Origin: Setoptus koraiensis | Taxonomy: Eukaryota; Animalia; Arthropoda | Direction: 5' to 3' | NCBI GenBank assembly: GCA_048013815.1 | Contig: CM106586.1 | Span: forward strand, 3,596,001-3,660,000 | Length of the DNA: 64,000 nucleotides | Shown: one piece after another, positions 47,501 through 59,753 of the stretch | Position numbering within the stretch: the first letter of the stretch is position 1 | How the letters are laid out: the number at the start of each line of letters is the position of its first letter | Position numbers and translations under genes: made by a program | Notes under the pieces: generated by a model | Told to the model about the DNA's origin: nothing | The model's database searches: none | Seen by the model: only the letters and a program-made list of their open reading frames with translations

Positions 47501-50500
47501 TGCCATTGCGCGCTGCACAGTGGCTATTAGTAACAGGCTGGTGCCTAATCGAGATAATCGCGCCATTCAGTGCGCTCGCGATAATTCATTTTCTACTTTG
47601 GCGACTGGCTGTTGTTGTCGCTGTTGTCGCCGTTGTCGTTGTTGTTGGCGCCGTTGTCGTTGTTGTCGCTGCCGGTTATTAAAGTAGATGCATCACGACA
47701 ACAACAGCGCCAACAACAACGGCGACAACACGTGTTAGCTGGCCAGACGGGGCCGGTGTGAATTATTCGCGCCTCTTCCTTTCTCTGGCTTCTTCTGGCT
47801 GCTGGCTCCAGCGGGGCGCTCATCGGCTTCGAATGGTGCCAACGAGCTCGAGCGCACCGTTTCAATGGGGCCCGTTCTTTCGCAAGCTCGCGATGCGAAC
47901 AGAAGAGAAAAGAAACGAAAACACATTCCTTTCCAACAATGAATGACTGCTCGCATAATGAAAGTAACGAAGGGGCCCACTTTTTGTTTGCGCCACTTGC
48001 ACACACACACTGTGCCAGTGGCGCTGCCAAAGGAATTGTGTGCTGGCAGTGGTTCGTTTGGCGCACTTACGTTATGTAAGTTTCATGTCGAGCCACTAAA
48101 ATGGGGCGCCAAGATCGTTATAATCAATGCAAGCGAGTCAACATCAAACGTCGATTATTGTTGTTGTTGTTGCTGTGCGCCACTTGTTATTAACTCAAGC
48201 GACTCTCGTTGCGCGAGCAAGGCACAAACAATAATTTCGGCTGGCTCTCTGGCTCTTTGGCTCGCCTTGAGAGGGCCCCCCATTCGAGTCGCGCCCCAAT
48301 TGATTGCCAGTTGCCAGCGAATCCAGCAGCCGACTGGCCCGGCTCGCTGTTCAACTAGCGCGCGCGCGACACGTCGGCTGCTCGCGGCACCAGTTCGAGG
48401 CCTCGAGAGGGGCCCCAAACTGGTCGTGTTGCGCCTGTTTCAGAGCGAGCACTTGGTTGGTGCGCGACTTGTGACTCGCAACTGGCAAGCTCGCCTCTGA
48501 TGGCGCCTCTCAGCGAGCAGCGGCGCCACGATCTGGCTGCGCTCTGGTAAGCTGTTATTGGCACGTCATTTGCACGTGCGACAGGAAACGATCGGCAGGC
48601 GAGCGAGCGGCCAGCGCCAGCATGCAGAGGGCGCAAATGGGCCCACTAACTCACGCGTTGGCCCGCTCGCTCTTGCGAGCCAGTGGCGAGTGGGGCCCGT
48701 TCAAGTCGAGCCAGCGGGGCCCGTCTGAGAGAGCCAGCGGGGCCCGTCTGAGAGAGCCAGCGGGGCCAGTGCGGCCAGTCAGATATTGATCTGGCTGCAA
48801 ATGGCGCGCCAGATGACGGTGATTGGCGGCGCCAATGAGCCGCTGACATGGGGCCGCCAGCGGCTGGCTGTCGCAACTTGCAACTTGCAGCTTGCGACTT
48901 GCAACGCGCAACCGGGGGCCAGCGAGCCAAAATAATAACAACAATAATTGAGCCGTTGTTTATTTTTATGCCCGGCCTCGACTGCGGCAGCAGCCGACCG
49001 CCGGCCGCTAACGAGCTCGCCAGCGCCGCCGCGACGAGCAAACAAGCTGCTGGCCGGTTGTGAGTCACAAGTCGCGGGCTGGCGAAAATCTGGCCAGCTC
49101 GCCCGGCTCGACTACGGGGCCCCATGTTGCACTAAGGGCCCCATGCAAGGCATGTTACGCAACGCTGGATATTCAGCAACGACGGCTCGCCAGCAACGAC
49201 AACAACGAGCGTGGATGTTACGTCATCAGTGTGTGTGTGCTGAAACAAATGAACAAATGATGAACAAATATTTTGACACGCTCGCAAATTGAAAACACGA
49301 ATAGCCGCGCTGCGGCCGAGTTGCGCACTACCGCTCTCCACTGTCACTGGCCAAATTGCGCAACTTGCGATCGCAACGGGCTCGCCAACGCTGATAATGC
49401 AATCGCTAATTACGCCGACAACATTGTCTCAAGACGCTGCTGCCGGCGCGCAATCACTGGAGGATTAGGGCCGAACAAAGGCACAATCGGATGCTCATTA
49501 ATTAATTGATTGCGTGCATGTTAACATAATGATGATCCCGCGCCGCCTGTGATCCGATTAGCGCAACAACAACCGACAGCGACTGCTGCAACAAATCGCC
49601 GGATTACTCGCAATCAGTTGGCTTTGTGGCTCGTCATTGTTGGCTGGTCGCTGTTGGCTCGTCGCTGTTGGCTTGTTGGCCGCGCCAACAACAACAGCAA
49701 CGGCAACAACAGCAGCGGCAACAACAACAACGGCAACAACAATGAAACAATGGACAATCGACTTAACGCAGGCCGTATGCTCGCCAATAACGCCCGGCCC
49801 GGCCCGGTCTCATTAGCACAAGTGTTAATTAACGCTAATGCTCCGCTGTGCCCGCCGCGGTCCCCAGGCGGCCGCTGGGGCGTGCTGGCGCGCCGCCGAT
49901 ATCCGGGCCTCGAACGCCCATGCCAGTGCCCAGCAGCGCCCGACATGACCGACGCGACCGCCGCGATGGGGCACGGACAGTTGGCGGGCCGACACATCAC
50001 ATGTGCGCATGTACAGAGCGGACATTGCGTTCACCTTGAGATTATCTCGTCTCTCGGCGCTGCCTGTCCGCCGTTTGGGTCGCGCCCAGCAAACGCATGC
50101 TAATGATTGGTTTGGCTCGCGCCGGCCATCATTTATATCTGGCCAGACTCGAATTTTTTGAGATTCTCGCTCGAGATCGCTGGCTCGCCGAGCCCGCGAT
50201 TGCTGTCGAGCTCCGTCGCGCCTCTCACTGGGCGAATTGTGCCAATTGCGACCACTCGAACCCGATTCGAACGCTCGCCAAACGAGACCTGTCTCGCTCG
50301 CAAAAATCACCGCTCTGGCCACTGGCGTTGCGCAATTGTTTGCGGCGCGGCCATCTTGCGGCTGGCAATTGCGGCCGCTCCGCCGACAATTGCGCAACAA
50401 TCCCGCAACAATCGACACTGTGGCTTCGTTGCTCGGGTCGCCTCGCTGTGGCCGGCCCGGCGCGACCCGTTGGTCTCGACGGCTCAAGCGGCGCATCGGG

Positions 50501-52300
50501 CGGATCGACGGGCATCACGTGATTCCATTATTGGCCGTCTTGGCAGGTTGCGAATCGGCGGCTGGCCGCGAATTGGCGCATTGGCTCGTCGTTGCGCCGG
50601 CTACCTGGAATTTGGCAGCGAATGGAAGCCGAATTGCGCTCGACGCTTCGGCTGCCCCCGCGAACTTGAAATGGCGCTGGCGCTGGCATTGGCACTGGCG
50701 ATGCGACGGCTCTAGAAAATCGTATCTGTATCAGAGTGTGAGTAACCGCATGAGGGGCGGTGAGATTACGTAACGCGGCCGGCCGATTGGCAGGCGAGAG
50801 CGCGATCGGCGCAACAGCGAGATTGGCGCAACAACGATATTGTGGCGCTGGCACCAATCAGAGATTGCGAGCTGGCATCGGATCAAATCGGAGCACATTT
50901 CCACAGGCGATTTACATGGACTGTGTATCATGTATTATATAATATATAATGCATCGCAGGCATGTGATGCGAGTTCGCGGCGAGAGTTGCGAGAAGGGCG
51001 AGAAGAGATAAATTTGAAGCGCGTCACTTTTATAATTGTGGCAATGTTAATGTATAGTGTTTGGCATGTACACATGGTGCGCAGCGTATATTCAAATGAG
51101 CTGGCTGTAACAATCTGCGAACAAGTGGCAGCCTCGGCCGCATCATTAGATGCTGCCGTTGCCCTAAGAATCACAACACGGCAGCGGCTCACCTGGGCAG
51201 TGTTGCGATTCTTTACTTTTTATTCGCAACTTGTTCTTCTTCTTCTCATTCTCTCTCGCTCTCTCGCTCTCTCGTTCTTTGTTATGATCGTCATGATGAT
51301 TATAACAAACTTATAAACTGCAATTAAGTGCCAGCAGCAGCGCCAGCCAAAACGCGCTCTCTCGTCTGATCGTGCCATGGCGCTAGTAATCATGCTGCTG
51401 TTGTTGTTGCTGTTGCTGTCGTTGTTGTTGGTGTTGCCGTTGTATCACAACACTGGCCGTTGCATCACAACAACGCCGGTTGTTGCATCACAACGCCGGC
51501 CGTTGCATCACAACACCGGCGGTTGTATCATTGGCACACCAGTTACACATTATTGCACAATTTGCGCACCGACCGACAGCCAGTTGCGTAATCCCGGCCG
51601 CTCACCTGATGACTAATGATAAACACACACACACACACACACACTGGGCTACTTGTTGATGTTTGCGCTGGCCAACCGCTGGCCAACACAATATAATGAA
51701 ACTATTTTTATAGTTTTTGATTAAAACTTTACTGCTCGCCTCTCTCGCCGTCTCTCGCTGCCTCTCGCCGTCCCGAGCGCCGTCCCGAGCGCCGTCTCAG
51801 ATCGCGCGACCTCGACTAAATTTATTGCTACCTGTTTCGCAGCCTCTGCCCATTGCTGGCCAACGGCTGGCCGATGGCTCGCCAATCTCTGGCCAATGCG
51901 AGGGTCTCCTGTCGGCCCGAGTCTCGAGTAGCGAATCGATGGCCGCGCTCGTAGCGAGCAACAGATAAATCGCTCGCCTACTGCAAAACATCTCTTTTGC
52001 ATAGTATCCGCTCGCCGCATCATTTGCCGGTGTCTGGCCTGTGTCGGCCCGAATGCGGCTCGGGCCGCAATTTAACCGAATAGCCGGCCCGATGCACTCA
52101 AACTCGGCGCGTTTTGCCGTTAATTAAATGGTCGCAACGGCGCAATGGTCATTTGGAGCGGCCTATTTGCTCGCAACAGCGATATCGGCTGTGCCGAATG
52201 GCCGCTCTGTTCAATTAAAATTTATTGGCGCTCTATTCCGAACATCCGAATATCCGAATGTCCAGCCCGGATGATCGCCCGCACTCACCGGCCTGGCACT

Positions 52301-52418
52301 ATTCGCCGATATTCACCGATATTCGCCAATATTCACCGATAGTCGCCGATATTCACCAATATTCGCCGATATTCACCAATATTCACCGATATTCACCGAT
52401 ATTCGCCGATATTCACCG
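52301..52418. repeat. 10-bp tandem repeat ATTC(A/G)CC(G/A)AT x11.8
   Basis: Read directly. Confidence 0.95.
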
Positions 52419-55400
52419 TGAATGTCGGCCACTATTCACGGTGAATATGTGTCGCAATTGGCAACTGCGCGCCCTATTCTTGCCTGTTCCGTGTTTGTGT
52501 GCCCGACAAAACGGCACACAAACACGATTGGCACGCCGGCCGACGCCGGCCACCAACAGGCCGGCCTTTCGAGCCGCTGTCGGGCCTCACCTGTGCCAGC
52601 GCGCCGCTGTGACGGACTCACCTGTGCCGCTGCCGGTCACTGTGTGCATGTCCGGCAGGTCAGCGGAGAGCCAGTTTAGAGATAAGTTATGAGCTATTAG
52701 CGACAAGATGCGACTGCCCGGCCAGGCCGAAGCAGTTAAATGTCGCCTGTGCGGGACCCGGCGCGCAAATTGGCCAATTGTTCCGATTCGCTTCGATCGC
52801 TTCGGAGGCTTCTCAGGCTTCGCAAGTTTGCAGTTCGGACCTGGCGCTCGCGAACCGCCGGCCACAACCGATCTGCGAGCGGCCGCGACCGATCGGCGAG
52901 TGGCCGCGACCGGCCGAAGCGGGCGACACACAACAAGCTGCAGCTCAGCAAACAAGAGTGGCGTGTCGAGTGGCCAGTTTATCGCCGCCATCAGGCGATT
53001 GGCCTATTAGCGGGCGTCTCGCGGGCAGGCTCAGGCTAACAGGCGAACATTCGAACAGGTGAACGGGCGAACAGGTGAACGATGCTCGCGACGAGCGAGG
53101 GGCAATAAAGATTAGAATGGCGCGTCGATAATGATAATAATAATCACGCGACACTCCGGCGTCCAGCGTGCTCGCCGCTCGGGCGAGCAGACAGCGGTCT
53201 GGCAGCGACAATTCCGAGGGTCGAGCCGCAGAGCGAGCGCCGGCAACAACGACAACAACAACGACAACAAACAACCACAACGAACAGCCGAAACAAACAG
53301 CCGAAACAAACAGCGACAGACAATAAAACGGACAGAGACAAATTGAGCTAATCTGTTCTGCTCGGGCCGGCGCATTCCAACTCTTCTGTTGGAATTGGTT
53401 TGCGCCGTTGGCCGCGCCGCCAGCTCGCGAACGCACAAGTGGCGCATATCCGCGCGACTTCTTTTGTCGGGATTCGCTGCGTTCGCAGCGGCCGCGGCGC
53501 TGTCCGGTCGCGCGTTCCACGCACCGCTCCGAGCAGCGACGAGCGCCCATTTTGAGCGACGCGTCCACTTGGCGCGTCCACTTCGAGCGGCCACTTTTCG
53601 AACCGATTCTCGACCGATTGGACTCGTCGCTCCGCCGCAAGACGTCGGCGTGCCGGCGGGCTGTGCGTGCCGTCGGCGTGCCGGCCCGGCCCGGCGGGCA
53701 GCGCTCGTCTCAAAGCGAACGAGAAGCGCCCGTCGCAGAAGGGCAGAGAATCGCTCGCTCGAAGGCGAGATTCTTTCCCGTTCGACACTCGCCGCTCGCG
53801 GTGCCGCCACTCGCCAACGGACCGCAGACTCGGGCAGCGAGCGGCAGCAAACTCACAACGAGAGCGGCTAATGAGAGCGAGAATTCAATCAAAATGAGCG
53901 ACTGTCCGAACCGTTCAGAGTCCCAACTTCGCACCGAACGCCCGTCTCTGCAGCGCGCCAATGTGCGTGCCGAGCATGCTCGCCTGTCCTCGTCGATGCC
54001 AATCACTCATTGTTGTGCCAAAATTGCGTTTGCGTGCCGCTCGGGCCGGCTCGGCCGTTCGGGTCAGCTCGGCCGGTCGGGTCAGTCGGGCTGAATTTGC
54101 TCAGCTGGCGAGTGGCTGCTCGCAGCAGATTAGCAGCTCGTTGTCGCGTCTGGCCAAGACCCGATGTTCGGCCCGGCGTTCGGCCCGATGTTGGGGGCGT
54201 CGCCCAGTGAGATTGTGCGGCTCGGGCCGCAATGAGCGCTAAGAGAGCGATGATAAGTAAGCGTTGCACCATCGGCGGGTATCGCGGTGCGGGCCGGTCG
54301 GGCATTGTGAGCAAAGTGGAGCGTGCGAGTGGCGATTTGTGGCAATTTGAGCTGTTAGCGAGTGAGTGGAGCAAGTCGAAAGTAAGCGACTACTTCGCGA
54401 ACGTGCGGCCGGCGCTCAATTTTAAACAACAGCAACATTCGGACAACATTCGGACAGCATTTCGGACAACATTCGGACAACATTTCGGACAGCAACATTT
54501 CGGACAGCGGCGCTCGGACAACAACAAGTGGAGCACGCCAGCGGCAGTCGGTGCTCGCGGAGCCGCCAACAAGTTGCCGGCAACAAGTCGCTGGCGCATC
54601 GATTTCAGGCGCTTGTTGTTGGTGTCCGGCAAGGGCAACGGCGACCGCAACGGCAGCACTTGTCGAGCCCTCGGCTCATTTGTATTAATTTGTTGTGGCT
54701 GCTGCGCCGAGTTGCGTGGCGAGCGCAAAATGTAATAACGTAACCATGACGACGCTCCAACTTGAACTGCCACCGCTGCCCACGATCGTGCGTTCGCGGC
54801 CGAAGCTGCGAGCGGCTTCGGCCGCCGCCGAACCGTCGAACGTTCGCCGAAGCGCCGAAGCTTCGGCCAACTGCGCGCAACGCGACTGATTGCAGTCGCG
54901 CTGATCGTCGGCTCGTTGCGGGCGCGCGCGATGGGTCGTGCACTAACGAGTTCCATTGCGTCAGTAGCGAGCAGCGCCAATTTAAAAAAAAATATATATA
55001 TACAAAAGTCAGATATGTGCACAGTATATAGGCCGCTGGCGTTCACGTTGCCGGGTTGTTGTCGGCCATTACGGCGGGCACGACTTTGCGATTGTTGTTG
55101 CTGTGGTTGGCGTGGTTGCTGTTGTTGTGCGGCGTGCAGCATGACGGGACCAGTGAAAACAGCAGCCCAAACAACAAAACAAATGCAAATTGGCCAACAA
55201 CGCCAACAACAACGCCAACAACAACGCCGACAACAACGCCGACAACCACGCCGACAACAACCACGCCAACCACACCAACAACAATCGGCCAACAACAGGT
55301 GGCGCCCTCGCGATCAGCTGACATTGTGAGCGACGCGCACAATGTTAATTGATTTGGCCCGCAAACTCGGGTATTGCGGGTATTGCCGGCATGCCAGAAA

Positions 55401-57133
55401 ATTGGCGTTGGTCGGCGCTGGCCCGAGCGGCCGTGCGGTTGTGCAGCGGCGAAGCGGCTGATTGCGCGCCAGCAGCGATGGTCAACAATTAATGATGCTG
55501 AGACGAGGAGAAAAGTGAACGCAGTCGCGTCAGTGGCCACTCATGCGAGCACGACTCGCAATGTGTGTCGACCATTTAAAGAGTGACCACTCGAAAAGTG
55601 CCCGTTTGAACACGTCAACAACGCTGGGCCGACCGCTGCGGTGACACCGGTCATCGGGCGTCGGGACACCGGACACCGGGCATCGGACATCGGGCACCGA
55701 GCATCGGACACCGCACACTGAACATTGGTCGTCGATGTCGGGCACAGGAAGTGGACGATGGTGTGATGATGGCCTTGCTGCTGTCGAATGTCGACTGTCA
55801 ACTGGCAAGTTGACAGTTGCAAGTTGTGCCAAGTCGAGCTGACGTAAGCGATGAGCAGCGCATTTTGACGCTCGCAATCACTGTCACATTGTTCAACGTT
55901 TGACAGCAATCAGCTGACCAAGAGCGTATCATTATCATCATTACTGTTGTCGTTGTTGCTGTTGCGCCAGTGGCCAACACTGTCTGACATTGGCCAGCCA
56001 GCCAGCCAGCCAGTGTCAGACGGTCAGCTGGTGTCGGACGGGCGGCGTCGGACGGGCGCGCTAGCGGACCGGCCATTGAGCGGGGCACAACGCGGGTTAA
56101 TCAACAAGAGTCATGCGGCCCGTGAATCTATCGTATCGGTGCGCCGCCAAGTTAATAACATGGGGTCGCCCTGGTGGCGCGCTAGTTAGTTAGTTTGACA
56201 GTGGGCGTGACACTTTTCGCTCAATTGTCAGTTGGTCGCCGGGCCAGCGAGTGGCACACAATTGCGGCCGCTCATCGGTCATAACGGGCCACTTTGGCCA
56301 TTGTTGACAAGAGCAAACTGTGTGAAACTGACCGTTTGTCGGCGGCCAAGCTGTTTAGCCAGTTGACCAGTTAGTCCCGCAGCCAACTGGCCGGTGCCGC
56401 TCACTGTTCAATAGTGGGCCCATTGTGAGCCGTCCGGTGTGCGGACACCGAATCGCGTCGGCACAGACACACATTCGTTGCAGCAGCCAAGTGACCAGTG
56501 GTCAGTTTTGTCTCGTCGTTGGCTCACGGTCGCCGGCGAAACTGGAGCAGTCGCTAATGGCTGTGCAGTGGGACCGTGTGTGTGTCCAGAAGCGAGCCAA
56601 ACGAGCGGCTGCCAGCGAGTTTGCAGTGAGAATCGGCCGCGAATTGGAAGCAACAATTATCTGTCTGATTTCGGTGTTTTGTGTTGTTGGGCCGGCTCGT
56701 TTGGCCAACAGATCATGTTGTTGATTGCAGTTGATGATGCGTGTCATCATCATCATGGTCATGTTATGTTTATCTGCATGTTTGCGCACGTATACGCGCT
56801 CGTTGCCGGCTGACCACTGGCCGGCAAAGTCAACTTTCTCTTGGCGGCCGGCAGCCAACAACCGACGGCCAACCTTCTCTCAACAACGGCCAACAACCAG
56901 CAACAGCACACAACCAGCAACAGCCAACAACCATCAACAACCAACAACAACCAACGACGACGGCCAGCGCCAATTAAGTGGGCTGCCGTGCGCTGACCGC
57001 CGATGCTCGCTACCAGTTCGGCCGCTGCCGGCCTTCGGCGACACGCCCCAAAGAGAAGCGGCCACGAGTGGGCGGTTATCGCCGTTTAGTTGGTGAGCGT
57101 CGTTTCTTTTGCGTTCGCGTTCGTTCGCGTTCG

Positions 57134-57229
57134 ACGCTCCGAACGCTTCAAACGCTTCAAACGCTTCGGACGCTTCGGACGCTTCGGACGCTTCGGACGC
57201 TTCGGACGCTTCGGACGCTTCGAACGCTC
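57134..57229. repeat. 9-bp tandem repeat ACGCTTC(GG/AA) x about 10
   Basis: Read directly; gives the EASEAS/RFGRFG pseudo-ORFs. Confidence 0.95.
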
Positions 57230-57630
57230 GCCGTCCGATTCGTCGCTGCTCGTCGTCCGCTGTTTGTGTTTTTGATTGTGCGCGAACGTCTCGTTTATGA
57301 ATATTCGCACCGGCCGTCGCGACGGTGCCATCCGACGCGGCCACTCGACGATCTCTGGACAATATTCAGACAATCGTTGTCCACTGACCGGTGCCGATGA
57401 ATGGCTCGCGAAATGACTCGCTTGTCGCTGTCGGGGAAGCCACCCCGACCAATGGCACATCGGCACAGTGGCACAACAGTGGCACAGGCCGGCACACACG
57501 ACCGATTTACGGTAAATCTGAATCATTTACCCGTGCCAACCAGCCAATAATCGGCCAATGGCTGATCGGCGAGCACAGGTAAATTAGGCGAGCTGACAAT
57601 TGCGCCAGCGAGACCAGTGCTCGTGTGCTA

Positions 57631-57713
57631 TTTTGGTATTTTTGTTTTTGTTGTTTTGGTATTTTTGTTTTTGTTGTATTTTGGTATTTTTGTTTTTGTT
57701 GTATTTTGGTATT
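57631..57713. repeat. 23-25-bp T-rich tandem repeat TTTTGGTATTTTTGTTTTTGTTG(TA) x about 3.4
   Basis: Read directly. Confidence 0.9.
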
Positions 57714-59709
57714 CACTGTCCGCTTGCCGATTCCGCATACTGGCTACAATTCGAATTCACGTCTTCGTGTCACGACGTGGCTGCAACGTGGCCCACTATC
57801 AAACAGATCAAACAGCGCGAACAAACGCAATTCCACAAACTAGTTAGTTGATTGGACTTGACCACAGAGGGCCTGTTGTGGTCAGCCACCATAACGGCAG
57901 CGCCACCTGACGAGCGCACCTGTCAGTCGGACATGGGTGTCAGCTGTGCGTTGTTGTTGTTGTTGTTGTTGAAACTGCCACGGTTGTTCACTGTCAGACT
58001 GTCATGAGTGGCCGCGCGATCAGCTGATCGCGCTGACAACTTGTGAGCAAAGCTGTGAAGGTGCGCAACCATACACATAACATTGTGAGTAACTATTTGG
58101 CAATCGGGTGAGCAATGGCAATCCGGCGAGCAATGACAGTCAGCTGAGCAGTGACAGTCAGCTGGGCAGTAGCAGTCAGCTGGGCAGTGACAAGCAGCGC
58201 ACTGGCAAACATGGCCAGGCCCCACTTGTCACACACACACGGTAATGAGCGCACGGACACAGGTTATTAGGGCGCATTAATGGGTCACTCTCATCAATAT
58301 GCAACGTCGATGAAGAGCAAGAGTGAGGCAAATTGTTGAGCGACCTTGTTGCTGGCTGACCACTCAAACTGTTGACTGGTCAGTCAGCGTGTCAGCAACA
58401 ATTACCGGGCACCTGTCGCCGGTTGGCGCAACCATGTGCAATTGTGCAGAGACGGGCACTGCGCAGTGTTGCGCCGCGTTGCGGCGGACAGGTGAGCGGG
58501 CATGCGAAAATTGAAAAGTTTGAGCGCTCCAACTCTCAACTGGACATTGCTGCTCGACAATGACCACTCACCGCCGAACTCATTGCCGGACAGGCGAGGA
58601 ATTTTCCTTTATCATCGAGGGACGCTCGTCGACTGTGCGTCGTTTGTCGACTCGCGGACTCGGCTCTGTCGATTGAGCGGTCAGCTGGAATGGCCATCCG
58701 CCATTGGCAGCCGGCGCACACGATGATGCAACAGGCGGTGCAGCTACGTGCGCCAGCCGTTTTGGCGCTTAATTGTTGGCGTCCATCATCGACAGTGACA
58801 GCCAGCGCTGCACACAATGGACCCATGATGATCATTATTATGTCATCGTGCCCTGGGCGCATCCATCATCCGCCTGCGCCAGCGACATTGGCAAGCGTCG
58901 GCCGCTCACTCGCTGACCACTGGTCGTCGGCTGACCGCTCGTCGTCGGCTGACCACTGGTCGTCGGCTGACCACTCGTCGTCGGGTGTGCGAAACGGACA
59001 GCGCTCGCCGGCTCGCCAGATCTGGCCAGATTGTGCGAGCAAAAGTGTGCACTTGTTGCTATTTTGGGACATGCCGCTTCGAATATTCGAGCCGCAATGA
59101 CAGCGCCGCCGCCAATTTATTATTGATGCCGTCGGTTCCACTCAGCGCCATTGATGAACCAATCAAACGCTGCAATTTATTTATTATTTAAAGTTTGCCC
59201 GGTGCCCGCTCTCGTCGACCGCTCACCGCTGCGCACTCGATTAAGTGCGCCCAATCGAATGCCCGCAATCAATTTGGCCCGCTTGCCTGGCAAGACCGCG
59301 CCGGCCCGCCGTAGCCGCCGCCGCCGCCGCAACCGGTCGACGACCCCGCGCTTGACGGGCGCCATCTGTGTGCGATTGGCGGCGACCATTGCCACTGCGA
59401 CCAGCCCTGGTCTTGCTGCAAAGTATGCAAGACTCTTGCACTCCGTAGACGACGGATCAAACCATCGCATTGTTGCCGGAATTACGCCCCAACCCCAATG
59501 AACGGAGAGACTCCGACAGCCGGATAATTAGGCGCAAACCAGCGCTCTTCAGGCGCCCGCCAGAATGATAAAAGTCGGGACAAAAGTCGGACAAAAGTCG
59601 GGATGAAAGTTTTATCTTTCATCTCGCTCATGGCCACTTACCTGGCTGCCGAGCGGCGATGCGCTCAGGCCCGTCGCCCCTCGTCAGGCTGCGCAAGTGA
59701 CGGGCGCCA

Positions 59710-59753
59710 ACCTGAAACAAGCAAGCAAAGCTGTTTGCTTGCTTGTTTCAGGT
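59710..59753. other. Perfect inverted repeat, 20-bp arms and 4-nt loop, in Cirl intron 2
   Basis: ACCTGAAACAAGCAAGCAAA-gctg-TTTGCTTGCTTGTTTCAGGT; all 20 pairs checked. Confidence 0.97.

Noticed and set aside
50840-51316. Hydrophobic ORF that might be a nested chemoreceptor fragment
   Set aside because: No TYxxxLxQF or other receptor motif. The hydrophobic tail derives from CT-rich microsatellite-like sequence.
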